A DNA stretch of 64,000 nt from Neoechinorhynchus agilis. Taxonomy: Eukaryota; Animalia; Acanthocephala. Every line of letters starts with the position of its first letter. Position 1 is the first letter of the stretch. Position numbers and translations under genes: made by a program. The notes under the pieces are model-generated. The model was not told the DNA's origin and did not search any database. It worked only from the letters and a program-made list of their open reading frames with translations. The stretch covers positions 9,005,480 to 9,069,479 of the forward strand of contig CM121342.1 of NCBI GenBank assembly GCA_051530055.1. The letters are read 5' to 3'. Below are positions 12,795 to 27,890 of this stretch, piece after piece.

Positions 12795-15105
12795 ATTATA
12801 AAGTACAAAACGTGCAATCACAACCGTCAGCAAAATTGGAGCTTCTCTCCTTCCTCGGCTCTGCGAGTGTGTCCACACACGTGGCGTCCCAGAGAAGGCA
12901 TTTGCCCTCCCGCCAAAGAAAGACCGGAATTTTGTCTGGTCGACGACCGTCTAGTCGACGAAGATGGGTAGGTTCCAAGATGTTGAGGAAGTTCGCCGTT
13001 CTCAACAACCGAGAAATTACGCTATTGATCTTAGAATGGCGTGAGAACCTTCCTCCTGACTTTCGGCAAACGAGACCGTGTCGCTCGACAGCGATGGGGC
13101 GCACTTATCAGGAGACCAAGTCATAAGGACACTGCGATCCTCGTTACCTCATCAGTGAGAAGAGTTCCACAGATGCAAGAGGAACAGCCTCCAATCACCC
13201 CCCGATTATCGTGTCGAAACTGCCAACAATCTAGCTCGGACGACCCCATCGCGATAACCTGAAAGTAGAGAGCTGTGAGCTCTCGCGACGAGAGGTCTGT
13301 CCCAGATCGACTGTCTGAGACCATTCACGGGAACATGGTTAGCGCCTGTCTGCTTGCACCATTCTTCAACTGCCACCACAAAGTCTTGGTCTAGACAAAA
13401 CTTTTCCCTCAAGGCAAGGTCTACTAGCGCCCGAATGCCCAACGCCTCATATGTGAGCTGGGCATTTAAAGTACGCTCGAGACAAGTCCTTACCTTGTTG
13501 TCGAGCTTAGCCAATCCTTCCTTATGTTTGATAACAATTTGGGGATAAAGAGTGCGTTCTTTATCAGAAATAACACTTCGTGAGCCGAGAGAGCGCTCAC
13601 TCTATCGTACAGCAACGAACGTTTCGGTATTATACGGCCGATCTCAGCTTCCACATTTGAATCAAAGACGCAACTACCCAGGAGGCTGAGTTGCTCTGGA
13701 GTAACGAGTTTCAGACCTGGAGTTACGGCCTCAAACCCATACATTAGCTCCTTGACTTTGGCGGCGTATTCGATATTTAATACTAGGAGCTCACACTTTC
13801 CAGCATTAAGCTCAACGCCCAATCTCGCAGTCTCCCTAATCAGCGTCTCCAAATCGCGCAGTACAACGGAGGGGTCACCTCCGAGTGTAGCATCATCCAC
13901 GTACCAAGCATTGAAGCTGGAATGAAAAGAGTGCGCTATTGGATTTACTGTTAGGGAGAATGCGATTGGACCGAGAGGATCTCATTGCTGCACTCCTCTT
14001 TCGGACCAAATGAGGTGGTCTTGGAAAAGCAAAGGAGTCGCGGTCCCGTAGGCACTGAGAAAATACTGGAAGGCTTCTGGCGCGTGACCCCTAATTGCGC
14101 GAAACATGCTGTATATGAACACTTTTTATTAATTATGAAGAACGATCTACACACTTGCCAGCATCTATCTTTGCTAAACGGTGTATGGATGACGAATGTT
14201 GAAGGCAAAGGAGGTGGGACTTGTTTTTGAAGGGATGTTAATGTGCGATCGGAGGCTTTGTACAGGAGATGACCGTTTGGGGGTCTTTCCTTGTTCTCCG
14301 ATTATGAAGGAAAGATTGGGCTTGGGGGAAGAAAGATTTTTGGTAGGGGGTGGTAGAAGCGAGGGGGGATGGAAAAGGTTGGGGTTACGGGTGTTTACGA
14401 AGGAAGAGTATACAGAGATGGGGGAAGAAAATTGTGGAGGAGGTTGAAGTAGACGGAGGGCGTTTTTGGAGAAAATGGAGTGGAGGTGGGCGTCGAGGGG
14501 ATTGAGTGAAGCCCCGCATATTCTAGCTGCTCTCTTGTGGAAGGTCTCTAGGGAATGGAGAGCATTGACGGAGAGGGCGAGAAAAGTGGGAAAAGCGTAT
14601 GTAAGGATAGGAAGGATGGTAGAGATAAAAGTGGGCAAGGTGTTTAAGGGATACGCCGAGACGCCGGAGGAGTTTGTGGAGGTAAAGACGAGGGTTTGTT
14701 TTAGAGAATGTAAATGAAATGTGGGCATCCCATCTAAGGTTTTCTTTGAAAGTCAGGCACAGTATTCGGAGAGCAGGGGAGCGTTGGATGGGGAGAGGGA
14801 GAGGCGCGGGGATAAGATTGCGTTTGGAAATGTGGGGGACAAGGTCCATTGAGAGAGTAAAAGGCGTTTTGAAAATCACACTTAAGAATAACACAGGGCT
14901 CTGAACTCCTCGTAGTAAGGTTTGGGAGCGCGTGGAAAATAGCTTCCGCCCGCAGGATGTGCAGCAGCCCAGTTGCACTGGGCGAAGTTGCTGCCCGTTT
15001 TTCTCTGTGATACGTTTACAGAGAATTTTTTTGCAAGTTGGCGTACCGTCGAAGATACGGCGATGGGACGAATCCCACCTTCTTTTTTTGTGATTGCACA
15101 TAATG
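12795..15105 (-). mobile_element. Second CRE-like element, decayed and interrupted by a CR1/L2-like fragment
   Basis: GQQLRPVQLGCC and LKCDFQNAF at 15.1-14.85 kb; RT resumes at about 14.1 kb (APEAF, Q*DPLGP, YVDDATLGG); RLE part WREGKCLLWDATCVDTLA at about 12.9 kb. Confidence 0.85.
14170..14850 (-). mobile_element. 5'-truncated CR1/L2-like LINE fragment nested in the CRE element
   Basis: Thumb motifs LRW.AHI...RLY.H.LLRRLG...ILPILTYA...LETFHKRAARI. Confidence 0.75.
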
Positions 15106-15129
15106 ATGCTCCAAAAAATAGGTCTTTTG

Positions 15130-17870
15130 CAACGGGATTCAGGTCCTATTGTAAGAACACCATTTTAAATTTTCTATTGCTGTCAAAAAGATAATTTTTT
15201 TGACGTTAGTTATCATTTCGCCAATAACACTTCCTATTAATCTTTGTGAAAAAGGAAGTAGAGGGAGCCTAGAAGTATAGAAGCATGAAAGGAATTGGGA
15301 TTGCAAGTGTTATGCTCTTGTTCAAAGGAGAGTAAAATGTTTCAAAAATTGTGGTTGTACGGCTGAGCGACGTTCTTATTAAGGTATTCGGTGAAAGGGG
15401 GAAAATCAACTGCTCAAATTTTAGAAGCTTTTCTATGTAACGTTATAAGGCGACGGATTCGTGATTGGGATAGGTTGCAATAGACGGAATAACCGTAGGT
15501 GTGGGAGGATGCGATATAAATAAACTTAAATGTGGACATCGGGCGAAGGGATTCCCAAGTGGCGGAGGCGTTTGAGGAGATAAATTTTAAAGGTATTTCG
15601 TTTTGAGGGAAAAATGCAATGTGCGAGTCCCATTTCGGATTTGATTGAAATTGGAGACCCGGAATTTTGAGTGTGATTTATGCAGAAATCTTTGATGTGT
15701 GTGATTTCGTTAGAGGTTAAGGAGAGGTGGGAGGGTGATTGAATGATGAGATCGTCGGCATATAAAAAAGTTTAAAGTGAGAGTAACGAGGTTTATGTTC
15801 GTTTACAAAAATATTAAAAAAAGTGGTGACAAGATTGCACCTTTGATGAGGGATAGAGTGGCCGAGAAGGTGCCAGTGGATCTGCAACGCGTTTAGGTCG
15901 AAGTAGGAACAGGCCTGGAGGAGCATTGAATGGTCTGCGGGGTCGAATGCTTTCGATAAATCAAGTTGAATGATACGATTGACGTGAGAGGGATTATTCT
16001 TAAGGTTACGTAGGAGCGTGTCATAAATGCAAAGTAGGGCATCGGTTGCAGAAAATTTGGATCGGAAACCGAATTGCATAGGCGATAATTTGTTGTTTAT
16101 AAGTTGAAGAAGGCGAGTTGTAAAACATTTTTCTACAATTTTTGAAGAGGACAGAATGGATATTGGACGGAATGATTTTCAGGTATGAAGAGAAATGCCA
16201 ATTGAAAAACGATTTATAATGTGGATGAGAGGGTCCATAAGTTCGGGTATATAATAGCATCATAATAACACGTTTCATTTTGATAAAGAAGATGAAGCAC
16301 ATACACTTGGGTTTTCGTGATCACCTGATTTTGGAGTGGATGACGGATCTGGCGAGGTGGATGAAGGATCCGGAATTTGGAGTGGATGACGGATCAGGAA
16401 TGTGGATGATGGATCCGGAGTGAATGATGGATCCAGAAGTAGATGTGGACGACGGATCCCGTGGATGATGGTCGGCGACAACCTGCAGCGAAGTGCCCAG
16501 TTTGGGATTTCGGATTGAAAGGACGAACATCGGGGTGATTTCTTGAGATGTTGTAGGACGTCATATGACGGAACTAAGGGGATTATTGGAGAGTTGACAG
16601 AAGTGTCAGTTGTGGGAGTGATAGTTTGGGTGGAGTCTAAGATGGGGCAATGGCTGTAAATTGAGTCAGGGCGGAGGTTCTGATTAATGGAATCTAGAAC
16701 CTGTTTTAATTCAGTGGAGGACAAATTAGGAATGGGATCCGTGTGGCGTAGACTAAGAGAGTCCTTGACGGCCCGCCACCATTTTGAGTCACCACCTGAA
16801 CGAATTTTAGAGGAAAGGAAGTTTTTGCGGGCGATAAGTATTTTGCTAGTTAGTGCCTTTTGTAAACGTAGAAAGCCCGGAGAGTTATTGCGGTGAGCGT
16901 TAGGAGCTTGCCTTTGAAGAAGTTTCTCCATGGTGGGCCGCGGTTGGAAATACTAATGAATTTCGTGGGTATTACCGAAGTTAGAGAATATTTTGTGATT
17001 TAAGTTATGGACCAAATGGCCAAGGAAAGGCCATTTATGTTGTCAGAATGGGATGTACGGATGTTAGAGTTGAATAATTTTATAAAATTGTGAATGTGAT
17101 GATCACGTTTATCCCGGACGAGTAAATGGGGAGATTTCATACGCTGAGGTGGGAGTAGAGGGAGTGATAAGGGCAGAGGAATGGTCAGAGTTTGCGGGGG
17201 GGAGTTTAGAGGCGGATGAGTAGGCGTCAATATTCGTGAACACTTTGTCGTGGTAAGCGTCAAAAAGTGTTGAAAAAGAGGAAATAGATTATTGAAGTTT
17301 TCTGCAATTAAGAAATGATGTGAATTTGTGGAGTTTATAAGCTCTATCATAGAGTCAAATTCGAGCAAGGAGGACTCAGGTCGAGAGGCAGGAGGGCGAC
17401 AGACGCCAGCAACGGCGAATTCTCTAAGGCCGTTTCTCAGAGGAACTAGGAAATGGACTGCGATGAATTCTAGATCGGGGTTTTGTAGGCCGTACGTAAA
17501 TTGAGACCCCCTCCTGGACGGTCCTCGCTACATGTATGGAAGGAAGAGTACCCGGGAAGAATGGCTGAATCGCTGTTGGAGGGGGTAAGCCATGTCGGCT
17601 TTTGAGGTAGATGAAATGAGTGAAATTTCATCTAGTTTAGGAAGGAGGCTACAGCGAGGAAGATGATTTTGGATTTCGGGAAATCAGGGGCGGAGGTGAG
17701 GGAGACTGTCGTTGCATTGTTCTTCGCGAGTGGTGGGTTAATTGAGCAATCGTTACGGGATGCCGACAAAGAACGATTGATTATCCCACAGAGAGAAGTC
17801 CGGGATAATTTCGTGATATCGGTATTGCAGAGCGCCTATGAGAAATGAAGAGTATGGTAGTGATTTTCGT
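15130..17870 (-). mobile_element. Decayed CR1/L2-like LINE (APE endonuclease plus RT)
   Basis: APE-like ILPGYSSF...DRPGGG at about 17.5 kb; RT QFGFRSKFSATDALL...LDLSKAFD at 16.08-15.95 kb; thumb remnants to about 15.2 kb; many stops. Confidence 0.8.
16330..16475 (+). repeat. GTGGATGAYGGATC-type minisatellite inside the CR1-like element
   Basis: About 6 imperfect 18-24 bp units containing GGATGA(C/T/A)GGATC. Confidence 0.8.
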
Positions 17871-18615
17871 TAGTACAAATGATGCTGTGGTTTTTCGTAA
17901 TAAATCGAAAAAATATTCAAATTTAATTTCCACCATGTCAAAAGTTATAATCATGAAGTTCGGTTTGAACCTCTAAATTTATTTGGGGTTTTCGCCGCTG
18001 ATCGCTATTGCCGTTTCAAAGTAAAGGAAATTAATGTCTAATTCTGCATGCATTTTTTGAAGAAAGTTGTTATTCGTAAATAGCCGTTTTGCCCTGTACG
18101 TTCCGGATAAACAAGAAAGCGAAAAGATGAAAGTGAAATTCATATTATTGGGCTTATCAGTTGTTAATCGATTAGAATTGGAGGAGATTATTTACTTAGG
18201 GATGGATGACAATCAAGTTTGTGGATAGAATTCCGCATCGTGTCTATTGAACTGATCGTGGTTATCGGTAGAATACTGTGGCATTTAATCAAATGAAATC
18301 GAAGATCGCAAAGAAGTGTCCGTTGATGACAATGTCGAAGGAAAATGTTTTTATCATGAGCACTTGTTAATAGTGCTTTAATTCTAAAAAACTGATTATC
18401 AATTCTTTGTAAAGTTTTCCCGGGAAACGCCAAATGCGCTAAAATACGAGTTTCTGCAAGCCTTTAATCGATAAAAATATAATAGGGCCTCAAGATTTCA
18501 AAGAAAATGCGATCACGAGATGAAAATATGTGTAAAAGAAATGTATCTCGTGATCATTTCAACCGATTTTTCGCCTTTAAAGGTCATTTTTAGCACCACA
18601 ATGCAACATTTGACT

Positions 18616-19266
18616 TTAGCAAGTAGGCTGAAGTTTCTTCCAATTCTTAAGTGGTCCGTGCTCCGAAATATACTTCACTCCAACTCCATCGGGTAAAAGA
18701 CGACCTTTGGACATCAAATCAGCAAATTCGTTCCGTTTGAACTTGGTAAATCCCCATTTATCCGAAACAACAATCTTCTGACGACCTGGGATCTTAAACT
18801 TCGCTCTTCTTAAAGCTTCAATAGCATGTTGTTTATGTTGATCCTTGACTCGTACACTGATGATTGGTTGATCAATATCCACGCGGGCTACGGTCCCCAA
18901 AGGTTTACCAAAAGCTCCTCTCATCCCAGTCTGGAGACGATCAGCACCAGCACAAGACAACATCTTATTAATCCGGATAATATGATACGGATGTAATCGC
19001 ATTCTTATATGGAATGCGTCTTTACCCACGTGCTTCTGAAAATATTTGTTGGCACAGATACGACTGGCTTCTAAAGCTTCGCTGCTTATTTGTTCAAACT
19101 CCTTTGAAATCAAATGAATGCAAAGTGGGAACTCCTCGACTGTAGCTCTACGGCGTCCAAGGTCGAATATCCGGATCTTGGGATCGGGAACTCCTCGACA
19201 GAACCGAGATTTCGGATATGGCTTGTTCTTGCAGTAACGATAGCAACGAGCAGGACGCCGACCCAT
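18616..19266 (-). CDS. RPL10: 60S ribosomal protein L10 (uL16)
   Basis: [37 protein letters not shown]...[22 protein letters not shown]; intact 216 aa, no coding intron. Confidence 0.99.
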   Translation of the reverse strand: MGRRPARCYRYCKNKPYPKSRFCRGVPDPKIRIFDLGRRRATVEEFPLCIHLISKEFEQISSEALEASRICANKYFQKHVGKDAFHIRMRLHPYHIIRINKMLSCAGADRLQTGMRGAFGKPLGTVARVDIDQPIISVRVKDQHKQHAIEALRRAKFKIPGRQKIVVSDKWGFTKFKRNEFADLMSKGRLLPDGVGVKYISEHGPLKNWKKLQPTC

Positions 19267-19414
19267 TTTGTCTAAGAAGAAAAGCGAAGGAAACGTGGAA
19301 AGAGCGAAAGGTATATGACACGGAAGAATCCAAAACGAAGTACGTCATTGCGAAAATTTGTCTCATCAGACATTTTACGAGGAAACCTTTTGAGCCGGTG
19401 ACTTTTATTAAGTA

Positions 19415-19735
19415 TCTATGTGTGGCCCTTTTTCACGGCTGATATTTTTTTGGGGAGGGACTTATCAGTGAGTTTCCTCTTCCCATCAACGAGGTATTTT
19501 GTCCCCTTTGGTTGTGCGTCATCGGCGATAACGGATTCGAACCAGTTGACCATTAACTTAGATCAAGGGCATTCTCGCCTCATCGGGAGGTATCTGAGCA
19601 TCCGGAGAGATGTACAAACTCTTTGCCGTAAGGTTCAGCGGGTTATAAAGTGTGATTTTATGCGCTTCCCTGAACCATATCAATGGGCTGTGTGCCAAAG
19701 GAAAATTATCAGCCGGGAAAACGGCCACACATAGA
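19415..19735. mobile_element. MITE-like element with about 35-bp imperfect TIRs and TA flanks
   Basis: TA|TCTATGTGTGGCCCTTTTTCACGGCTGATA ... TATCAGCCGGGAAAACGGCCACACATAGA|TA. Confidence 0.7.
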
Positions 19736-20050
19736 TAACAAACCTTTTTAGATAAAGTTTATTCAGATTTAGCAAATAAGCTAAAATAGCGACATTGCGA
19801 CCAAGTATTTTATGTCCTCTTAAATTCGTAAATTTTCCCTTTAACAAAGAGGAAGAACCGAAGCTTTATTTAAATCCAAGTTTTTTCATATATACAAATG
19901 CATTGGATTATTATCTCTGTAACGAAGGGAAAATATAGTTTCTTTTTCTTAGTTTTGCCACCCCGCCCGGATTTAAATTCACTAATTTATTTCACTTGTC
20001 GAATAATTCCGACATTTTCCCGACGTTTTTTCAGGTAGAAGCTTTGTTTT

Positions 20051-20820
20051 TGCTTAAACGACCAAATTCCTTTTAGGAGAAAAAGAAAAGCTTTTATTTT
20101 TCACCAAAAACAATGATAAAATCTTGGGAAAATGTCGAAATTATGAAACAAGTGAAATATCGGGGAAATAAATCAGTGAATTTAAATCCCGGAGTGGTAA
20201 AACTAAGAAAAAGAAGGTTTTTCAAGGTTTGTCCAGGTTGGAACTTTGGTTTATGCTTAAACGAGCAAATTAGCCTAAGGAGAAAAAGAAAAGCTTTTAT
20301 TTTTCTCCGAAAAAAATGATAAAATCTTGGGAAAACGTCGGAATTATCCAACAAGTGAAATATCGGGGAATAACTAAGTAAATTTAAATCCCCGGAGTGT
20401 CAAAACTAAGAAAAAGAAGGTTTTTTGAAGGTTTGTCCAGGTTGGAACTTTGGTTTATGCTTAAACGAGCAAATTAGTCTTAGGAGAAAAAGAAAAGATT
20501 TTATTTTCCACCGAAAAAAATGATAAAATCTTGGGAAAACGTCGGAATTATCCGAGAAGTGAAATATCGGGGAAATAAATCAGTGAATTTAAATCCCGGA
20601 GTGGTAAAACTAAGAAAAAGAAGGTTTTTTCAAGGTTTGTCCAGGTTGGAACTTTGGTTTATGCTTAAACGAGCAAATTAGCCTTAGGAGAAAAAGAAAA
20701 GATTTTATTTTTCACCGAAAACAATGAGAAAAAATTGAGAAAATGTCTGAGTTACCCGGCAAGTGAAATATCGGGGAAATAACTAAGTAAATTTGAATCC
20801 CCGGAGTGTCAAAACTTAGA
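20051..20820 (+). repeat. Tandem array, about 204-bp unit, about 3.7 copies, preceded by an inverted partial unit at about 19940-20030
   Basis: TGCTTAAACGA recurs at 20051, 20254, 20458 and 20662. Confidence 0.95.
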
Positions 20821-21384
20821 ATGATAAAGACGTATACAAATAATGAATCACAGCGGTAATCATTCTAAATAATGAATTTTGTAAATTAAAAAAACACACG
20901 ATATCTCGATTTGCCTAATACAGAATCCGCACGAATACTCTAAAAGGTCTCACAAACGTTAGAAGAGTATTGAAGACCGATTTTCGATTCTTAAATAAAA
21001 ATTCTAACCTATTATAATTAATAGTAATTCGCTGAAAACATCCCGATCAGGAATTGTGGTCGAATAAAACGTCGCCCAACTTCGACTCCTGATATTTTGG
21101 CATTTTCCACGTATTATCAAGGCAAACAATCATTGGATTCTGAACGGTTTAGTCAATGATTTGGTTAACCATTTCTGAATTCGCTCTTTGTAAAAAATTG
21201 GTTGTCAAACAAGCCGTCATTATTGAAAAGTAAAGATTTGAGTTCAATGTGTGAATTTTCAACGATTTCCACGAAAAACGAAACATTTTCTATAGATATG
21301 GAATGTTTATTTCGCAATTATTCCACTGTGTTGTTGTTCAATATTTTAAACTGCTCCGTTGAGTTCGTCTAAGAAGACCGAATG

Positions 21385-21744
21385 TTAAATTTGCTTAGAA
21401 AATCTTTCTGCGACAATATCAATGAAGTCAAATTCACCGTCAGAGTCGGCGATTGAGCAACCCGAGCACACGGAACACTCGTTTGATTTTTGTTGGCTGT
21501 GAAGTTCGGCCTTTCGATGTTTGCGTCCACAGCACAGCAATATATTTCTAAATGCCTCAGATGTTGTAGTTCTATTGGCGTTCCGGATCCATCGATTCAC
21601 CACCACTTTGTCTCCTTCAGAAAGACTTTCTTCGTCTGTACTTTCAAGGGGATCATGGGATTCAACAGTAGACATTGATGTTGCCGAGTCCGGTTCCGAG
21701 TACTCTTCACTCTGTCGCCTAGACGCCAATGGCCCGCATCCCAT
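21385..21744 (-). CDS. Orphan protein with a predicted N-myristoylation/palmitoylation start (MGC)
   Basis: 119-aa single-exon ORF, acidic and Cys-containing; X-box 46 bp upstream. Confidence 0.45.
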   Translation of the reverse strand: MGCGPLASRRQSEEYSEPDSATSMSTVESHDPLESTDEESLSEGDKVVVNRWIRNANRTTTSEAFRNILLCCGRKHRKAELHSQQKSNECSVCSGCSIADSDGEFDFIDIVAERFSKQI

Positions 21745-21789
21745 CTTTGCTTTCTTACACCATAAGTCTCTTACAATTCAAGAAATATC

Positions 21790-21803
21790 GTTGCCATGAC
21801 AAG
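21790..21803. promoter_or_regulatory. X-box-like GTTGCCATGACAAG
   Basis: One perfect GTTGCC half-site plus ATG spacer, 46 bp upstream of the minus-strand ATG at 21744. Confidence 0.5.
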
Positions 21804-22402
21804 CAGAAGATTTTAGTCACGTTCTCCCTAAACAAACGTTTTTGAATCGTTTGGCTTTGGTACGTGTGTGTGTGAGCCTTTAAACCTGGAACTTTCGGAT
21901 AGTCGAAGAAGCTCTTGGGAGAAAGTCGCGGGATCTCTCGAGGCGTATTAAGCTTTTCACGGATTGTACTTTTTAAAAGAGATTAAACTGCTTTTTCACT
22001 TTACTAGCTGAATTGTTTGTAATTTGAACCATGGCAAAATTTCTAGTTAATGATCAAGCCTAAAAGTAAAACAACAAAAAAAGATCCTTTCCCACCTTAA
22101 ATAAGCAACCTTTAAATACGCATCTACGATCTGGGTGTGTGTTTTTAATAGCTCCTTATCCTAGATGCGATCTTTCCAAACGTCCAATTTCGTGGGATAG
22201 AGCAGCATTGACATTTCCTTTTAGAAATGCCAAAGAACGATAATATACCGCCCTGAGCGGTGAGGTGGTAGCTGCATTTTCTTCGACACATTCAGAGTAA
22301 ATGGATTTATGTCGTATTTCTGTCTCTTCCTTTCCGTAGCAAAATAGAAAAAGAGAAAAGTGTGTTGGCGGTGCCATCACTTCTTCAAACGGAGCTTTAA
22401 CG

Positions 22403-25535
<3,133 letters not shown>

Positions 25536-26129
25536 ACGCATTGATTCAGAAGGTTTGAATTTCAATTCTCTACTTTAAATAGAAATATCAAAGTTTCGTT
25601 GATTCCGCATTCTGCGTAGATTGCTATATGTTCGCTTAGTGAAATTTCGAACGTGGGTTATTACTGATCCGTTACGCTTTACCGTGTTTTTTGCAAATAC
25701 AAATGTATGACTTGCTTCTATTCTGTGATTTATGAACAAATACCAAGTATAGTCTAAGACCAAATACATCGAGTAAAAAGGCAAAATGAGCATTATCGAT
25801 TCCTATGAAATCCTTGCTGACTGTTCACTTGCTTTTTGAACATAATAATATCTACTGAAGTCTATAAAACATTTTAAAAGCCAATGTCGAATGAGATTTT
25901 TTCATTCTGAGCATAAACCAATCACATCGAACAAAAACAAATAAATGACCCTTAAATGGGGAAGTAAAAGAAATTCGACGTTTGAATTTTTACTGCAATG
26001 GAACGAATAATTCGTTTTTCTTCGAAAATTGCCTCGCGCTATGCAAATATCTGAAATATCGACAGATTCGAAACGTTTTGCTCGGTCTTAAAAAATAGAA
26101 GATATCTGACGATAAAAGAATGCCATCTC

Positions 26130-27520
26130 CTGGCGTAAAAATAAAAGGAATTTATTAATTCCGATATTTCGGAGGCATCAGGGTATAAAATCTACATATG
26201 AAGAATGGTTACATTCACCCTGTACTTAGATTCAGTTTAAAGTCCGCTTCGTTCCTTTCAACTGTTTCCAACCTGGCGCATAAGACATCAATTATGACGC
26301 AATCCCATTTGGATTCACTTCGCGCCAAAATGGCGGCATATCCATGACGTGGCCTTATTGTTCAGATTTTGGGAAACGTCCAAATCAACGGCTATCGGGA
26401 CCGTCGTTAGTAGTATAAGACAAAGGAGAAAGCGCCTACTTGCTGCAGCGAAACCAAATTGTCCCGTAGTTTTCTTAACGCTGGACCAATCCGCTTCAGG
26501 AGCCAGTGAAATGGCGAAAAAGGCACGGAAAAAGGGAGACTAAAGACTGAGTTTCTTCTCAGATTTGAAACTGGTATCGGTGCCTCTCCTCCGGGCTAAT
26601 ATGTGTCCGTTGGTTCTTTTTTCCAAATTGTTTGTTTGGCCTACATAGGATTTACTAAATAATTCCGTAAGTCGAGAATGTGAAATTCCATTCACAAATG
26701 CAACCAAAGAAATTTAATGGTGATGTCCAGTGCTGCGAACTCATTTAATGCCCAATAATGATGATGCCCAAGAATATCATACATAGTTTATAATGGTATG
26801 TGCGTTGGTTCGTCTATCAATCGACTACGATAACGTGCCAATTTCGTTTTTAGAAGACCCAGGTGGTATTCGGTTGCTTTGTTTTTCTGAGTCCGAGCCA
26901 TTTCTTACTCGATCTCATGGATATTCTCTAAAATACCCATCTAAAGGAAGACCACCATTTTTTGTTGAGAAAGCAATCGTAGTCTCAGGCAAGCACTCTT
27001 TCGTCTCGTTTCTTCACAACAGAGCTTAATGGTTGGACTTTCCTGGTGTAGTTACAACAATTTAGGTCATTGGAAGCAGTTCCTGTTATCAGATTGTTAA
27101 TTGCAGTGAACAGCTCATCATCGACGAATGGTGCACCTTCGAAGACCTTTCGTTTGGGCTTGTGACGCACTGTTTTCCTACGATAGAAGACCCTGCAACT
27201 AGCTCATCTCATCACATAGATTGGGTTGTCCTTTCCTTTGAGCATATTCCATGGAAACTTTAACTCGTTATTGAGGGATTCTTAATTTGAGCAATAGTTG
27301 TAGGCACAATCAAACAGCGACTTAATCCTGACAATTTTTATACTTAATTGGTGCCATTGTGATGAAGGAGAGGGCACTGTCAGTCGGTGGTATACCAGTC
27401 TTCCTGTATACAAATTGGTTGCAAACTCCGCTCCTTGTCGCTTTATCAAAACGTCAAAAAAGGGGACCGAAATATCACATTAAATAAATTCCTTTAAGTT
27501 TTCCGCCAGATTGAACTATT
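26130..27520 (-). mobile_element. Penelope-like element remnant (RT C-terminus/thumb, GIY-YIG, hammerhead-like 3' end)
   Basis: VPFFDVLIKR..TNLY near 27.45 kb; KSLFDCAYNYCS..ELK near 27.3 kb; SYVGQTNNLEKR..H near 26.64 kb; terminal CCTGATG..CCGAAATATCGGAATTAATAAA at 26185-26145. Confidence 0.7.
26788..26940 (-). pseudogene. DRG2: DRG2 GTPase N-terminal fragment with an in-frame stop
   Basis: [44 protein letters not shown] matches the DRG2 N-terminus ([44 protein letters not shown]); not in the supplied ORF track. Confidence 0.9.
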
Positions 27521-27521
27521 C

Positions 27522-27650
27522 ATGCTTGTTTGTGGCGTAAAAATTAAAAGAATTTATTAATTCCGATATTTCGGCACGATAAAGACACAAGATTATACCG
27601 AAATATCGGAATTAATAAATTCTTTTAATTTTTACGCCACAAACAAGCAT
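27522..27650. repeat. Perfect 53-bp inverted repeat with a 23-bp spacer at the Penelope 5' junction
   Basis: 27522-27574 is the exact reverse complement of 27598-27650; the arm also recurs at about 26131-26173. Confidence 0.95.
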
Positions 27651-27890
27651 AAATAAGTATACAATAAGTATCGAAAGCGAGTATAAAAATCGCTCCGATT
27701 TTTTAATTTATGCTTTAATGTAGCAATACCGCATACGAATGTAAACATTACATTGTGTTTGTTTCTTTTATTTAAACTCGGAAAATAAAGTTTAAATTAG
27801 AAATAATTAACCATTTAGAAATAATTAACCATTAGCTTCTTTTTCGTGCTTTGTATTCATCCACTGACCTTTGTGTTATTTCAGTTGATT

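Noticed and set aside
26905-26907. In-frame TAA in the DRG2 fragment as evidence of a non-standard genetic code
   Set aside because: Intact genes here (e.g. RPL10, SIAH) end in TAA and have no internal stops; pseudogenisation explains it
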